Source: Geopsychrobacteraceae bacterium (GTDB lineage Bacteria > Desulfobacterota > Desulfuromonadia > Desulfuromonadales > Geopsychrobacteraceae). From it: a stretch of 64,000 nt of DNA. Positions 23,333-31,968 of the stretch are shown piece by piece. The notes below the pieces were generated by a model. That model ran no database searches, was not told the origin of the DNA, and saw only the letters and a program-made list of their open reading frames with translations. The position numbers and the translations under genes are program-made. Numbering within the stretch: the stretch's first letter is position 1; every line of letters begins with the position of its first letter. The stretch is taken from assembly GCA_963676795.2 (NCBI GenBank), contig CAXXTB010000001.1, positions 992,001 through 1,056,000 of the forward strand, read 5' to 3'.

Positions 23333-24289
23333 TTAATCCTGACGGATCCGCGGATCGATATAACCGTAAGAAAGATCAACAAGTAAGCTGCTGAGTACGA
23401 CAACGATGGCCATAAACAGAACGACACTTTGGACTATTGCGTAATCGGAGCTGAACAGGGCATCGACGGATAATTTGCCGATGCCGTAGATGTTGAAGAC
23501 GGTTTCGATGAGGACCTGGCCGCCGAAGATCTGGCGGATATTCATGCCGATCAGGGTGATGACCGGAATAAGGGCGTTGCGCAGGGCATGTCTGATGATG
23601 ATCTGGCGTTCGTTCAGGCCCCTTGACCAGGCTGTCCGGATATAGTCCTGACGGATGACTTCGAGCATCGCGGAGCGGGTCTGGCGGGCGACTGCCGACA
23701 TGGGATAGACGGTCAGGCAGATGACCGGCAGGATCATGTGGGAAATGCCGCCCCAGAGATCTTCGGAAGGGGACACCCAGCCCTGGATCGGCAGCCAGCT
23801 GAGGTAATAGCCAAAGATCAGAATCAGGATGATCCCAACCCAGAAGGTCGGGGCTGTGATGCCGACATTGGCGATCAGGGTCGAGATGAGATCTGCCGTT
23901 TTGCCCCGTCTGACGGCCGAAACAATGCCTAACGGAATCCCGAGGATGATGGAGAGGACAAAGGCACAACCGCCCAGATACATGGTTCTTGGCAGCGCCC
24001 GGGCGATTTCGTCGTTGACTGAATCATTGCTGATGACCGAACGCCCCAGATCGCCATGGGCGAGGTCCTTGATCCAGTTGACGTACTGGATCGGTATCGG
24101 TTTGTCGATGCCGAACTTGTGCCTGATTTCGGCAATCTGTTCGGGTGTGGCGGTGTCTATCTCATTCTGGCTGACATAGACGAGGGCCGGATCTCCCGGG
24201 AGGAAACGCATAATCAGAAAAACCATGACGGTTGTTAAGAAAACCATAACAACGGCTTCGATTAACCTGCGAGCAATAAGAGTCTTCAT
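23333..24289 (-). CDS. Opp/Dpp ABC permease (OppB-like)
   Basis: LPGDPA, GDLGRS, DYIRTA..HALRNA, IETVF motifs. Confidence 0.92.
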   Translation of the reverse strand: MKTLIARRLIEAVVMVFLTTVMVFLIMRFLPGDPALVYVSQNEIDTATPEQIAEIRHKFGIDKPIPIQYVNWIKDLAHGDLGRSVISNDSVNDEIARALPRTMYLGGCAFVLSIILGIPLGIVSAVRRGKTADLISTLIANVGITAPTFWVGIILILIFGYYLSWLPIQGWVSPSEDLWGGISHMILPVICLTVYPMSAVARQTRSAMLEVIRQDYIRTAWSRGLNERQIIIRHALRNALIPVITLIGMNIRQIFGGQVLIETVFNIYGIGKLSVDALFSSDYAIVQSVVLFMAIVVVLSSLLVDLSYGYIDPRIRQD

Positions 24290-24471
24290 ATGCACTCCGC
24301 CTGTTGTGGATCAATGTGAAGGTCGTGGTTCCTGTCTTTTTTCGTCCTGGCTCAATGTCTTCTGATCATGGTTCGTTACTGATGTTTGAATGAAACCAAT
24401 GCTGCGGACCTGTGTCTGCTAATGGGTGCAGGGGCTTCTGGTGAATACGGTTAATCGGGAAAATCGCTTGC

Positions 24472-24513
24472 GGACTCAAGACGCACAGGGCTGACTCTGT
24501 GCGTCTTGAGTCC
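24472..24513. terminator. Strong stem-loop between amidohydrolase and oppB
   Basis: 17-bp perfect inverted repeat GGACTCAAGACGCACAG/CTGTGCGTCTTGAGTCC. Confidence 0.55.
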
Positions 24514-24520
24514 ACTTCAG

Positions 24521-25375
24521 CTATTCAGCCAGAACCGGATAGAGAGACAGTGCCGTACGGGCAAAGATCCATTCCTGGTCTTCCTGCGAAAGTGACGACA
24601 GCGCTGTTTTGGCCAGCGCGACCATCTCTTTCAGGCTCCCCTTGCCGGACGGATAGTTTGAACCCCAGGCGATGCGCGATGCGCTGAATTTACTCACCAG
24701 TTTGGGGAAAAAATCATCAGCGATGCTGTCCACCTCAAGAGCCGCACGGACATTGTTGGTGGTCATCTTGAGGTAGACGTTATCGTATTGAGCCATTTCG
24801 AACAGAAATTCGGAGTTTGTGTAGGGAGGACCCTCTGCGATGGGCGGTTCAACCATATGGTCAACGATGATCCGCACCTGTGGGAACTGTCTGATCAGGG
24901 TCATCAGATCGGGCAGGCCGTCCTTACGGGTTGAGACGCAGACAGGAATGCCCAGTTCTGCGGCACATTCCCAGCCGGGGAAGGTGGCTGGATCGGCCAG
25001 CCCGGTCAGCTGCTTGTTGGTGGTTCCGCCTTTATAGACCCGTAGCCCGCTCAGGTTTCTTTCCCGGGCCCAGTAGCGGATCGTCTCTGGAGCATCGTCA
25101 GCAGACATGTCAACGGAGAAGATCCCGGTGACTCTGCCGGGCTTTTGGGCGACACAGTCGGCCACGTAAGAGTTGTCAAAACCGTAGGTTGTGGAGGAAT
25201 GGACGATGGCAGCCTTGTCGACCCCGGCTTCGTCCATGGCCGTGATCATTTCGTCGAAATCGACGGCGCGTTTTTTGGACCATTCCGAGCGGTTTCCCGC
25301 CAGAGGGGCGATCGGATAACGTTCTTCATCGGTAGAAACAATGTGGGGGTGGATATCGACAATTTTAGGCTGCAT
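24521..25375 (-). CDS. Amidohydrolase_2 family (LigI/lactonase-like) metal-dependent hydrolase
   Basis: DIHPH, YGFDNSY, VDH, WGSNYP motifs. Confidence 0.85.
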   Translation of the reverse strand: MQPKIVDIHPHIVSTDEERYPIAPLAGNRSEWSKKRAVDFDEMITAMDEAGVDKAAIVHSSTTYGFDNSYVADCVAQKPGRVTGIFSVDMSADDAPETIRYWARERNLSGLRVYKGGTTNKQLTGLADPATFPGWECAAELGIPVCVSTRKDGLPDLMTLIRQFPQVRIIVDHMVEPPIAEGPPYTNSEFLFEMAQYDNVYLKMTTNNVRAALEVDSIADDFFPKLVSKFSASRIAWGSNYPSGKGSLKEMVALAKTALSSLSQEDQEWIFARTALSLYPVLAE

Positions 25376-25537
25376 CTTGATAGACTCCTTTGTGCTGGTG
25401 GTCAGAGTGAACAACGATGTATGACAGCCGGACAGTCAGTAAGTATGCGGCTTTGCATATCAGATACTTGACAAAATCTATTTCAATCCTTCTCGTTCTT
25501 TTGTTTATAGCGATACTTAAACATCCGATATGTTATA

Positions 25538-25580
25538 AGTCAAATGAATGATTTTCATGCAAAATATTTGATTTTGTAAT
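25538..25580 (-). promoter_or_regulatory. LysR-type motif copy C (toward amidohydrolase-opp operon)
   Basis: AGTCAAATGAATGATTTTCATGC...ATTTGATTTTGTAAT on the + strand, same spacing as A/B. Confidence 0.7.
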
Positions 25581-25672
25581 GATTGCTCTCTTGAGAGCAG
25601 AATATCGTTGACGGTTTGGGGATTGGTGTTTCACTGAAACAAGGAGGGAGCACAGTTAGCCGGGGCTCCTGG

Positions 25673-26566
25673 TCACCTGTCGCAACAGGTGATTTGGGGC
25701 GCTGTTTTCAAGTATGTGGCAAGAGCGGGAGGGGAGAGCTCTGGGGATTTGCCGGCGCAATTGTCAAGCAGGTAACCCGTATAGCCAAGCCCTAAACCAA
25801 GCAGATCGGCAACCCCTCCCATAGTCAGGTTCTTCTGACGGAATTCATCATCCAGCCGGCGCAGCAACGGGGCAGGGTCCTCGCCGGATAAGATGCAGTT
25901 CTCCAGGTGGTACCCGGAAGAGCGCAGCTGCGACAAGCCTGCACCTCCGCCGCGAAAGAGTGTCGTTGAATCCTCAACGTATTGCATCAGCCTGGCCATA
26001 ACCAGAAACGGGCTGTGACAGCCATTGATCCCATGCTCCTTGAATGTTGGCAGAACAATTTCGAACAGTGCCGGCAGGCCGTCGAGACATTCGGCGATGA
26101 TGCCGGCCTGCGGATATCTCCTGCGCACGGCCTGGCCGTGACTGAGGCTTGGCTGCGGTTGTTCAAAAAGCGCCTCAGCCGTACTGATCACAGCAGTTCT
26201 GAGGTTTTCCGGTGAGCAGTCCGGGGCCTGCCGGGCAGCCGCCAGCAGCAAGCCGCAGAGGAAGATGCCCCCCCTGTGGCAATTGGTCTTCAGCTGGCGA
26301 TACATCCGTTTTTCTGCTTCAAGCCCGATGGCTCTGAGTTCGCTGATTACGACCTTTTTCTCAAGGGACTGCAACAGCTGATCAAGGTAGTCTTCCATCA
26401 GCCGGATGGAGCGGATCATCAGTTCCAGTGACAGATCCTTGTGCGAGCCACTGTTGCGCAAATCGACCAGGCCTGGCTTGGGGGTCAGGTAGAGTTCGGC
26501 GCGCAGTCCGTCAAGCAGGTAGGCGGACAGCCGTTTCAGTTCTGAAGGATGAGAGAAGTTGTTCAC
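25673..26566 (-). CDS. citG: Triphosphoribosyl-dephospho-CoA synthase
   Basis: ELYLTPKPGLVD..SGSHKD, NCHRGGIF, GGVADLL motifs; cit operon context. Confidence 0.9.
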   Translation of the reverse strand: MNNFSHPSELKRLSAYLLDGLRAELYLTPKPGLVDLRNSGSHKDLSLELMIRSIRLMEDYLDQLLQSLEKKVVISELRAIGLEAEKRMYRQLKTNCHRGGIFLCGLLLAAARQAPDCSPENLRTAVISTAEALFEQPQPSLSHGQAVRRRYPQAGIIAECLDGLPALFEIVLPTFKEHGINGCHSPFLVMARLMQYVEDSTTLFRGGGAGLSQLRSSGYHLENCILSGEDPAPLLRRLDDEFRQKNLTMGGVADLLGLGLGYTGYLLDNCAGKSPELSPPALATYLKTAPQITCCDR

Positions 26567-27041
26567 AGCGTCCTTTCAGTTGCGCAAAATTATGCTTGCC
26601 TGCCCGCATGCATTCTTTCGCCGGGCTGGCGCAGATCAGACAGCGGCGTTGCGCAAGACCCAGTGTCTGGCGATCACAGGCGAGGCCATGCTGATTGAAA
26701 ACATCGATATCAATTAACCGGGCAAAATCGTACTGTTCTTCAAGTACACAGGCGATGCGTTTGACCTGCTCCGCTTCGCATGTAGATTGATAGATCATCC
26801 AGGGACCTAAGGCATCCACGTCAAAATATTCCAGTGCCAGTTGAGGGACCCTGGTTTCCAGCTGTCTGGCCGCCCAGAACAGTAATTCGCTACTGCCGGC
26901 CGGCCGTTTGTCCGCCCCCGGAATATTCAGTGCCAGTTGGATCACCGCCCCTTGCATCAGGCTTGAACTCAGGCTGGTCAGCGCTTCATGGCGCTGATCG
27001 CGGGCCAGGAGAATGTCACTCTTTAACTTTTCGTACGGCAT
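26511..27041 (-). CDS. citX: Apo-citrate lyase phosphoribosyl-dephospho-CoA transferase
   Basis: ILLARDQR, NIPG, RLIDIDV, RRCLIC..AKEC motifs. Confidence 0.9.
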   Translation of the reverse strand: MPYEKLKSDILLARDQRHEALTSLSSSLMQGAVIQLALNIPGADKRPAGSSELLFWAARQLETRVPQLALEYFDVDALGPWMIYQSTCEAEQVKRIACVLEEQYDFARLIDIDVFNQHGLACDRQTLGLAQRRCLICASPAKECMRAGKHNFAQLKGRCEQLLSSFRTETAVRLPA

Positions 27042-28554
27042 CGATGATTGTTCCGTCGCGGTATTCGATCAGCGCGACAACCTCGTCGCTGAATTCAAGC
27101 GGTTTCGGCTGGCCGCTGATGGCGCAGGCTTCTTTGTGCAGGTCATGAATGTCCTTGACCGGAATCCGTCTTTTAAGCAGTTCCTTCTTCAGTTCCTGCT
27201 GGTGTTCGTTCACGGCAATGCCGCGTTCGGTGACGATGACATCGATGGTTCTGCCCGGTGTCGTGATTGTTGTTACCTCGTCCTTGATGATCGGCAGGCG
27301 ACCGCGCAGCAGCGGGGCGGTGATCACCGAGAGTTTGGCACCAGCGGCGGCGTCACTGTGACCGCCGGTGTTATGCAGCAGGTAGCCGTTTGACTCGGTA
27401 TTGACGTTGACGTTGAAATTGACATCAACCTCTGTCGCTCCGAGGATGACGCAGTCGAGCAGGTTGACCATGGCCCCGGCATTGAACGGGTTGGCATAGG
27501 TGTCGGCGCTCATCTCCTGGTGATTGAGGTTTCTGCCGATCGATTCGACGGCGCTCAGGTCGAAGCACTGGACATCGAAAAGAGAACGGAACAGCCCTTC
27601 TTCAAGCATGTCGACAAAATAGCCGGTGATCCCGCCGCAGCCGAAGCTGCCCTTGATCTGGCCGGCTTTCATCATCCTGCGGACCTGCTCGGCAACCGCC
27701 AGCGAGATGCCGCCCGCGCCGGTCTGAAAGGAAAATCCATCCTCCAGCAGCCCCGACGCCTCGATCACCTGGCCGGCGTATTTGGCAATCTGCAGGCCGA
27801 CCGGATCGCGGGTCACCCGGGTGGTCGTCGAGACGATCTTTTTCGGGTCGCCCAGGCAGTCGACGACGACGACATGATCGACCAACGACTGCGGAATCGA
27901 GACCGGGGTGATCGGTGCCGGGCAGAGGTTGTCGGTTACGGCAATGACGTGCCTTGCGTATTGGGCATCGGTATGGGCATAGCCGAGGCTGCCGCAGGCG
28001 GATGGTCCGAAGTAACCGTTCATGTTGCCGTAGGCATCACAACAGGGGGCGGCAATGAAGGCGGCATCGACGGTCACTTCGCCGGTGATGATCGAACGCG
28101 CCCGGCCGCCGTGGGTGCGGACGATGATCGGACTGTTCAGCTCGCCCTTGGAGACCATCTCGCCGATCAAGCCGTTGACACCGCATTCGAAGCCGGCAAT
28201 CACCCCTTTTTCGATATAGGGGATGATCTCGGCATGCACCGGGTGAACCGAGCTTGAGGCGATCCAGATTCCTTTGAGGCCGGCGGCATCGAGCTCCCTG
28301 ACGACTTGGTTGAGCAGTGCATCGCCATTGCGAAGATGATGGTGCGTGGCGATGCACATGCCGTCCTTGAGTCCGGCTGCTTCGATCGCTTCACGCAGGC
28401 TGCCGAGCAGCTTGTTGGCGCCGGGGTTGTGGCGCCGCAGCGGACGGGTGGCCAGATTCCCCTGCGGCCGGTAACTGAAGGGGTCCTGGTAAGGGATCAC
28501 CTGGCGACCGGCAAAGCTGTCCGGCAGCAGTCGGCCGAGGCTATTTGTGACCAT
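27016..28554 (-). CDS. citF: Citrate lyase alpha subunit (citrate CoA-transferase)
   Basis: HHHLRNGD, HGGRAR, CGSLGYA, FQTGAGG, GGHSDAAAGA, YRDGTIID motifs. Confidence 0.95.
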   Translation of the reverse strand: MVTNSLGRLLPDSFAGRQVIPYQDPFSYRPQGNLATRPLRRHNPGANKLLGSLREAIEAAGLKDGMCIATHHHLRNGDALLNQVVRELDAAGLKGIWIASSSVHPVHAEIIPYIEKGVIAGFECGVNGLIGEMVSKGELNSPIIVRTHGGRARSIITGEVTVDAAFIAAPCCDAYGNMNGYFGPSACGSLGYAHTDAQYARHVIAVTDNLCPAPITPVSIPQSLVDHVVVVDCLGDPKKIVSTTTRVTRDPVGLQIAKYAGQVIEASGLLEDGFSFQTGAGGISLAVAEQVRRMMKAGQIKGSFGCGGITGYFVDMLEEGLFRSLFDVQCFDLSAVESIGRNLNHQEMSADTYANPFNAGAMVNLLDCVILGATEVDVNFNVNVNTESNGYLLHNTGGHSDAAAGAKLSVITAPLLRGRLPIIKDEVTTITTPGRTIDVIVTERGIAVNEHQQELKKELLKRRIPVKDIHDLHKEACAISGQPKPLEFSDEVVALIEYRDGTIIDAVRKVKE

Positions 28555-29461
28555 AAATCACCTCATCATCCAGTTCGATATCGATCAGGCCGTGCGCCTG
28601 AGCGGTCTTGAGGGTTTTCAGCGAACGTTTGACGATCGGGGCGTCGATCATTTTGCCGCCGAGTGAGATAACCCCGGTCCCCATCTCCCGGGCACGTTTG
28701 ATCGCGTCGATGACCTGCAGGGCATAATCGATTTCGGCCTGTTTCGGGACGAAGACCTCATGGACGACGTCGATCTGGCGCGGGTTGACCAGCGACTTGC
28801 CGGAGAAGCCGAGCGACTTGACCAGTTCGGTTTCGCGGCGCAGGGCCTCCATGTCATCGACATCCGGGAAGATGGTGTCGATGGCCTGAATACCGGCCGC
28901 TTTGCAGGCCCAGACGACCCGGGTCCGGGCGGCAAACAGCTCTTCCCCTCCCTTGGTCCGTTCGATCTCAAGGCTGGCGGTGTAATCCTCGGCGCCAAAG
29001 GCGAGCCCGATCAGACGCGAGGAACTTTTCGCCGTTTTGATGCAGTTGATGACCCCTTCGGCGGTTTCGATCGACGGCAGGATCTTGAAGTGGCCGATTT
29101 CGAGCCCCAGCGCTTCTTCATACTCGGTCAGCAGGGTATCGAGCTGTTCGACAACCTCCGGCATGTCGGCTTCAGGCAGACGGATGCCGTCGGGCAGGGC
29201 CGGCAGCACCATGTCGAGATCATGACGCCACCACTGGGTTTTGAGGCTGTTGATGCGGACAAACAGCTCCTTGTTGTGGTTGCGGTAGTTGTCGAGAAAT
29301 TTGCGTACCAGAATCCGAGCTGCGTCCTTTTCGCTGTAGGGGACAGCATCCTCAAGGTCGATCATGACGCAGTCACTTTGAAAGATCGGCACGTTCTGCA
29401 GCATCGACGGCATATTCCCGGGAACGTATAACAGGGATCGACGTAATTGAAATTCGCTCAT
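28541..29461 (-). CDS. citE: Citrate lyase beta subunit (citryl-CoA lyase)
   Basis: RSLLYVPGN, DLEDAV, FGAEDY, GKMIDAP motifs. Confidence 0.93.
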   Translation of the reverse strand: MSEFQLRRSLLYVPGNMPSMLQNVPIFQSDCVMIDLEDAVPYSEKDAARILVRKFLDNYRNHNKELFVRINSLKTQWWRHDLDMVLPALPDGIRLPEADMPEVVEQLDTLLTEYEEALGLEIGHFKILPSIETAEGVINCIKTAKSSSRLIGLAFGAEDYTASLEIERTKGGEELFAARTRVVWACKAAGIQAIDTIFPDVDDMEALRRETELVKSLGFSGKSLVNPRQIDVVHEVFVPKQAEIDYALQVIDAIKRAREMGTGVISLGGKMIDAPIVKRSLKTLKTAQAHGLIDIELDDEVIYGHK

Positions 29462-29934
29462 GGCTCATCCTGATTGAAGAAGATCGTCTGGATTCCGGAG
29501 ACCTTCGAAGCATGGCGCTCGATGCCCTGGACGAGCATTTCGGTCAGCAGGATCTCGCAGCTGGCAAATACTTCAGCGTCGAACAGATGACCGCCGAGGA
29601 CTTCCCCGGAGCTTTTGGCGAGCAGGATATGGACATGACAATCGACTTCTCCGCTGTCTGCGAGAATCAGGTTACCCTCAAGTCCGAGCAGCTCAAGAGG
29701 ACCCTCGATCAGGTGCTGACGCATGCGCGGTTCGGTAATCGGCCGCTTGGCGCCCGATTTGATGCCGCGGAAATGGGCGTTGGTCACCGAGCCGACTGCC
29801 GAGACGATGACCCCGTTCTGGATTCCTTCCTCGCTGATCAGCAGGCGCAGCCGTTCGACGATTTTCTCTCCGGGTGCGATCTTGATGATAAAACGTCGCC
29901 CCTGATTCCATTCTTTGCACCAGGCTCCACGCAT
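29458..29934 (-). CDS. PPC/DUF296 domain protein
   Basis: SAVGSV, ELLGLEGN, HVHILL..GGHL motifs. Confidence 0.85.
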   Translation of the reverse strand: MRGAWCKEWNQGRRFIIKIAPGEKIVERLRLLISEEGIQNGVIVSAVGSVTNAHFRGIKSGAKRPITEPRMRQHLIEGPLELLGLEGNLILADSGEVDCHVHILLAKSSGEVLGGHLFDAEVFASCEILLTEMLVQGIERHASKVSGIQTIFFNQDEP

Positions 29935-29950
29935 GCTTGCCTCTCCTCGT

Positions 29951-29983
29951 TAGTTGCTATCCGGAGTTTCCGGATGGTAACGA
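29951..29983. repeat. Short inverted repeat, possibly collapsed termini of a MITE-like element
   Basis: GTTGCTATCCGGA-GTT-TCCGGATGGTAAC. Confidence 0.45.
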
Positions 29984-29986
29984 TGA

Positions 29987-30130
29987 TGTCTCTGATTTGG
30001 AAACGAGCAATTTTTCGTTGTAGTAAGAAAATCGGGCATTTTAGCGGAGGCGTAGTACTTTACGCCGCACAAACAAATGCGCAGATTGACGCAGCTACAG
30101 CGGGAAAAGGCCGTTTCCAGACAGAGACTA
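29987..30130. mobile_element. MITE-like inverted-repeat element between citD and DUF296
   Basis: Imperfect terminal IRs TGTCTCTGATTTGGAAACG / CGTTTCCAGACAGAGACTA, nested arms, internal hairpin GGCGTAG..TTACGCC; no ORF. Confidence 0.6.
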
Positions 30131-30388
30131 CTCGCAGGCTCTTTTCAGGCCCGTTTCCAACCGTGCATCAATGGCGTAATCAAGAGCGCCGCGGTCGCTG
30201 ATACGGATATGCCCCTGCTCGATCTCGAAATTGCCGAGAATCTCTTTGATCCGTCCGAGAATCAGATGCTCGAATTGTTTTTTGACCGTCGACTCGATTT
30301 CAATCTGAAGATCTTCGGCCGGTTCGAGAAAGACCATCAGATCACTCGACTGCATTGTTCCTGCCTGTACTTTGCGGACGATCTTCAT
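30128..30388 (-). CDS. citD: Citrate lyase acyl carrier protein (gamma subunit)
   Basis: AGTMQSSD attachment motif, DRGALD..ARLE; ATG overlaps citC stop (TGATG). Confidence 0.93.
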   Translation of the reverse strand: MKIVRKVQAGTMQSSDLMVFLEPAEDLQIEIESTVKKQFEHLILGRIKEILGNFEIEQGHIRISDRGALDYAIDARLETGLKRACE

Positions 30389-31398
30389 CAATGTCTCCCC
30401 TGGCATTTGTCGCTGTTCAATAGCCCACCGGGCGGGTGCGAACGCAGGTATCTCAAGGTAGTGTCCGGAACCAGCTGGGGGAGGGCGGCAAAATTTCCCG
30501 TAGTGAGGGCTTCGCGCACCCTTGAGGCGCTTATCGCTTCGTTTGCGGCCTGCTTGCGTTCGAGTTGAACCGTTTCCACGGCGTAGTTTTTCAGGACCCG
30601 GGTCATGATTTCGCTGTAGCGCCGGGTTGTCGGACAGAAGGGTTCGGTGCCTATAAAGCGTTTGCTGATATTGAAGAACGGTGCGATATGGCGGCCAAAC
30701 AGCATCAGGTCGATTTCCATCTGCAGGGTTTGCAGGTCGTCATCCTGTTTGAGGAAATAGCCCGGGAAGGTGACCTGGCTGATGGCATAATCGGAGGTGT
30801 CGAGGACGCTGACGTTGCAAAGGTCTCGGACTCCTTCGCGAACCAGATGCTGACGAACCGTAAAGGGGAAACTGGAACGATCTTCCCTGACGATAAAGAC
30901 ATAGAGATGGTCGACCTGGCGGGCGGCCTCTTCGATCAGGTAGCGGTGGCCGAGGGTGAACGGATTACAGTTGACCACGACCGCTCCGTTGTCGCCCGCT
31001 TTGACCTGCTCCCGGTGGGCGTTCAGATAATGCTGCAGGCCATGACCGTACTCGAGCAGGCAGAGCTTCTGGTGATTGACCAGTGGGGTAAAATGAAACT
31101 GGCGAAACGACAAGCTGCATTCAGGTTTGGTGAAGACGAAAAAGTTCTTGATTCCGGCCTCGCTGCAGCTGTTGATCAGCTCGGTGATCAGTTCGCCAAG
31201 CAGGTCACCTCCCTGATGCTGCTCACTGATGCAGAACATTTTGAAGATATTGCCCTGACGGGCCGCAGTGGCGATGATTTCGCCCTTGTCGAACACTCCC
31301 AGGAGAACGTCAAAGTCTTCTTCGTAGGAAAGCCCCTGGGCTTCGATGAGCGTCTTCGCTTTCACCTGATCCTGGCTGGTTACCAACCTTACAACCAT
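30388..31398 (-). CDS. citC: [Citrate (pro-3S)-lyase] ligase
   Basis: N-terminal GNAT-like domain; VVNCNPFTLGHRYL, RFIGTEP, ISASRVR motifs. Confidence 0.95.
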   Translation of the reverse strand: MVVRLVTSQDQVKAKTLIEAQGLSYEEDFDVLLGVFDKGEIIATAARQGNIFKMFCISEQHQGGDLLGELITELINSCSEAGIKNFFVFTKPECSLSFRQFHFTPLVNHQKLCLLEYGHGLQHYLNAHREQVKAGDNGAVVVNCNPFTLGHRYLIEEAARQVDHLYVFIVREDRSSFPFTVRQHLVREGVRDLCNVSVLDTSDYAISQVTFPGYFLKQDDDLQTLQMEIDLMLFGRHIAPFFNISKRFIGTEPFCPTTRRYSEIMTRVLKNYAVETVQLERKQAANEAISASRVREALTTGNFAALPQLVPDTTLRYLRSHPPGGLLNSDKCQGRH

Positions 31399-31477
31399 AA
31401 TGCCTCTTTACTTGTCTTCCCCAACTGTCTGGAGATACCGGAGCGGCAGATGCCGCTATCACCAAGCTAAAGGGATC

Positions 31478-31529
31478 TGAAAATATTCAGCCCAACGTCT
31501 CTTTGATAGCGTTGGGCTGAATATTTTCA
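31478..31529. repeat. 20-bp perfect inverted repeat upstream of citC
   Basis: TGAAAATATTCAGCCCAACG-N12-CGTTGGGCTGAATATTTTCA. Confidence 0.8.
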
Positions 31530-31968
31530 AGCTGTTCTTTTGGCGGAAGTCTGAACCGATAGAGCTCCGCTGGTCTGCTGATTCTGTTTTTGCTCCGTCC
31601 TCGATTGCATCATCGACAATGCCTCCAGATCTGTAGCTATTTGACATTGTTTTCATTGTTCTGCCCCCTGTTCGGCTTGCTGTGCCTGTTTGTGAATAGT
31701 CTAGGAAAATGTCGCTCCCAGTTAAAGTGCTTAGGCGTAAACGGTCGCTCCACAGGGATAAGCGGACGAATTAGGGCCCCGAACGGAAATGGTGGCCAAG
31801 GCTCTATTTTACTTTTTCTGGTTATCTGCTTGGCACCAGTATTCCCCTTTCCAGGGACGCATGAACCCATCCATGGGGCTTGACTGTCGCCATCCGGGCG
31901 CCAGACAGCCTTCCAAGGGGGATACCGAAGCCAGAACTGATCCAGCTGGAGCGAACTGGATAACCAGA

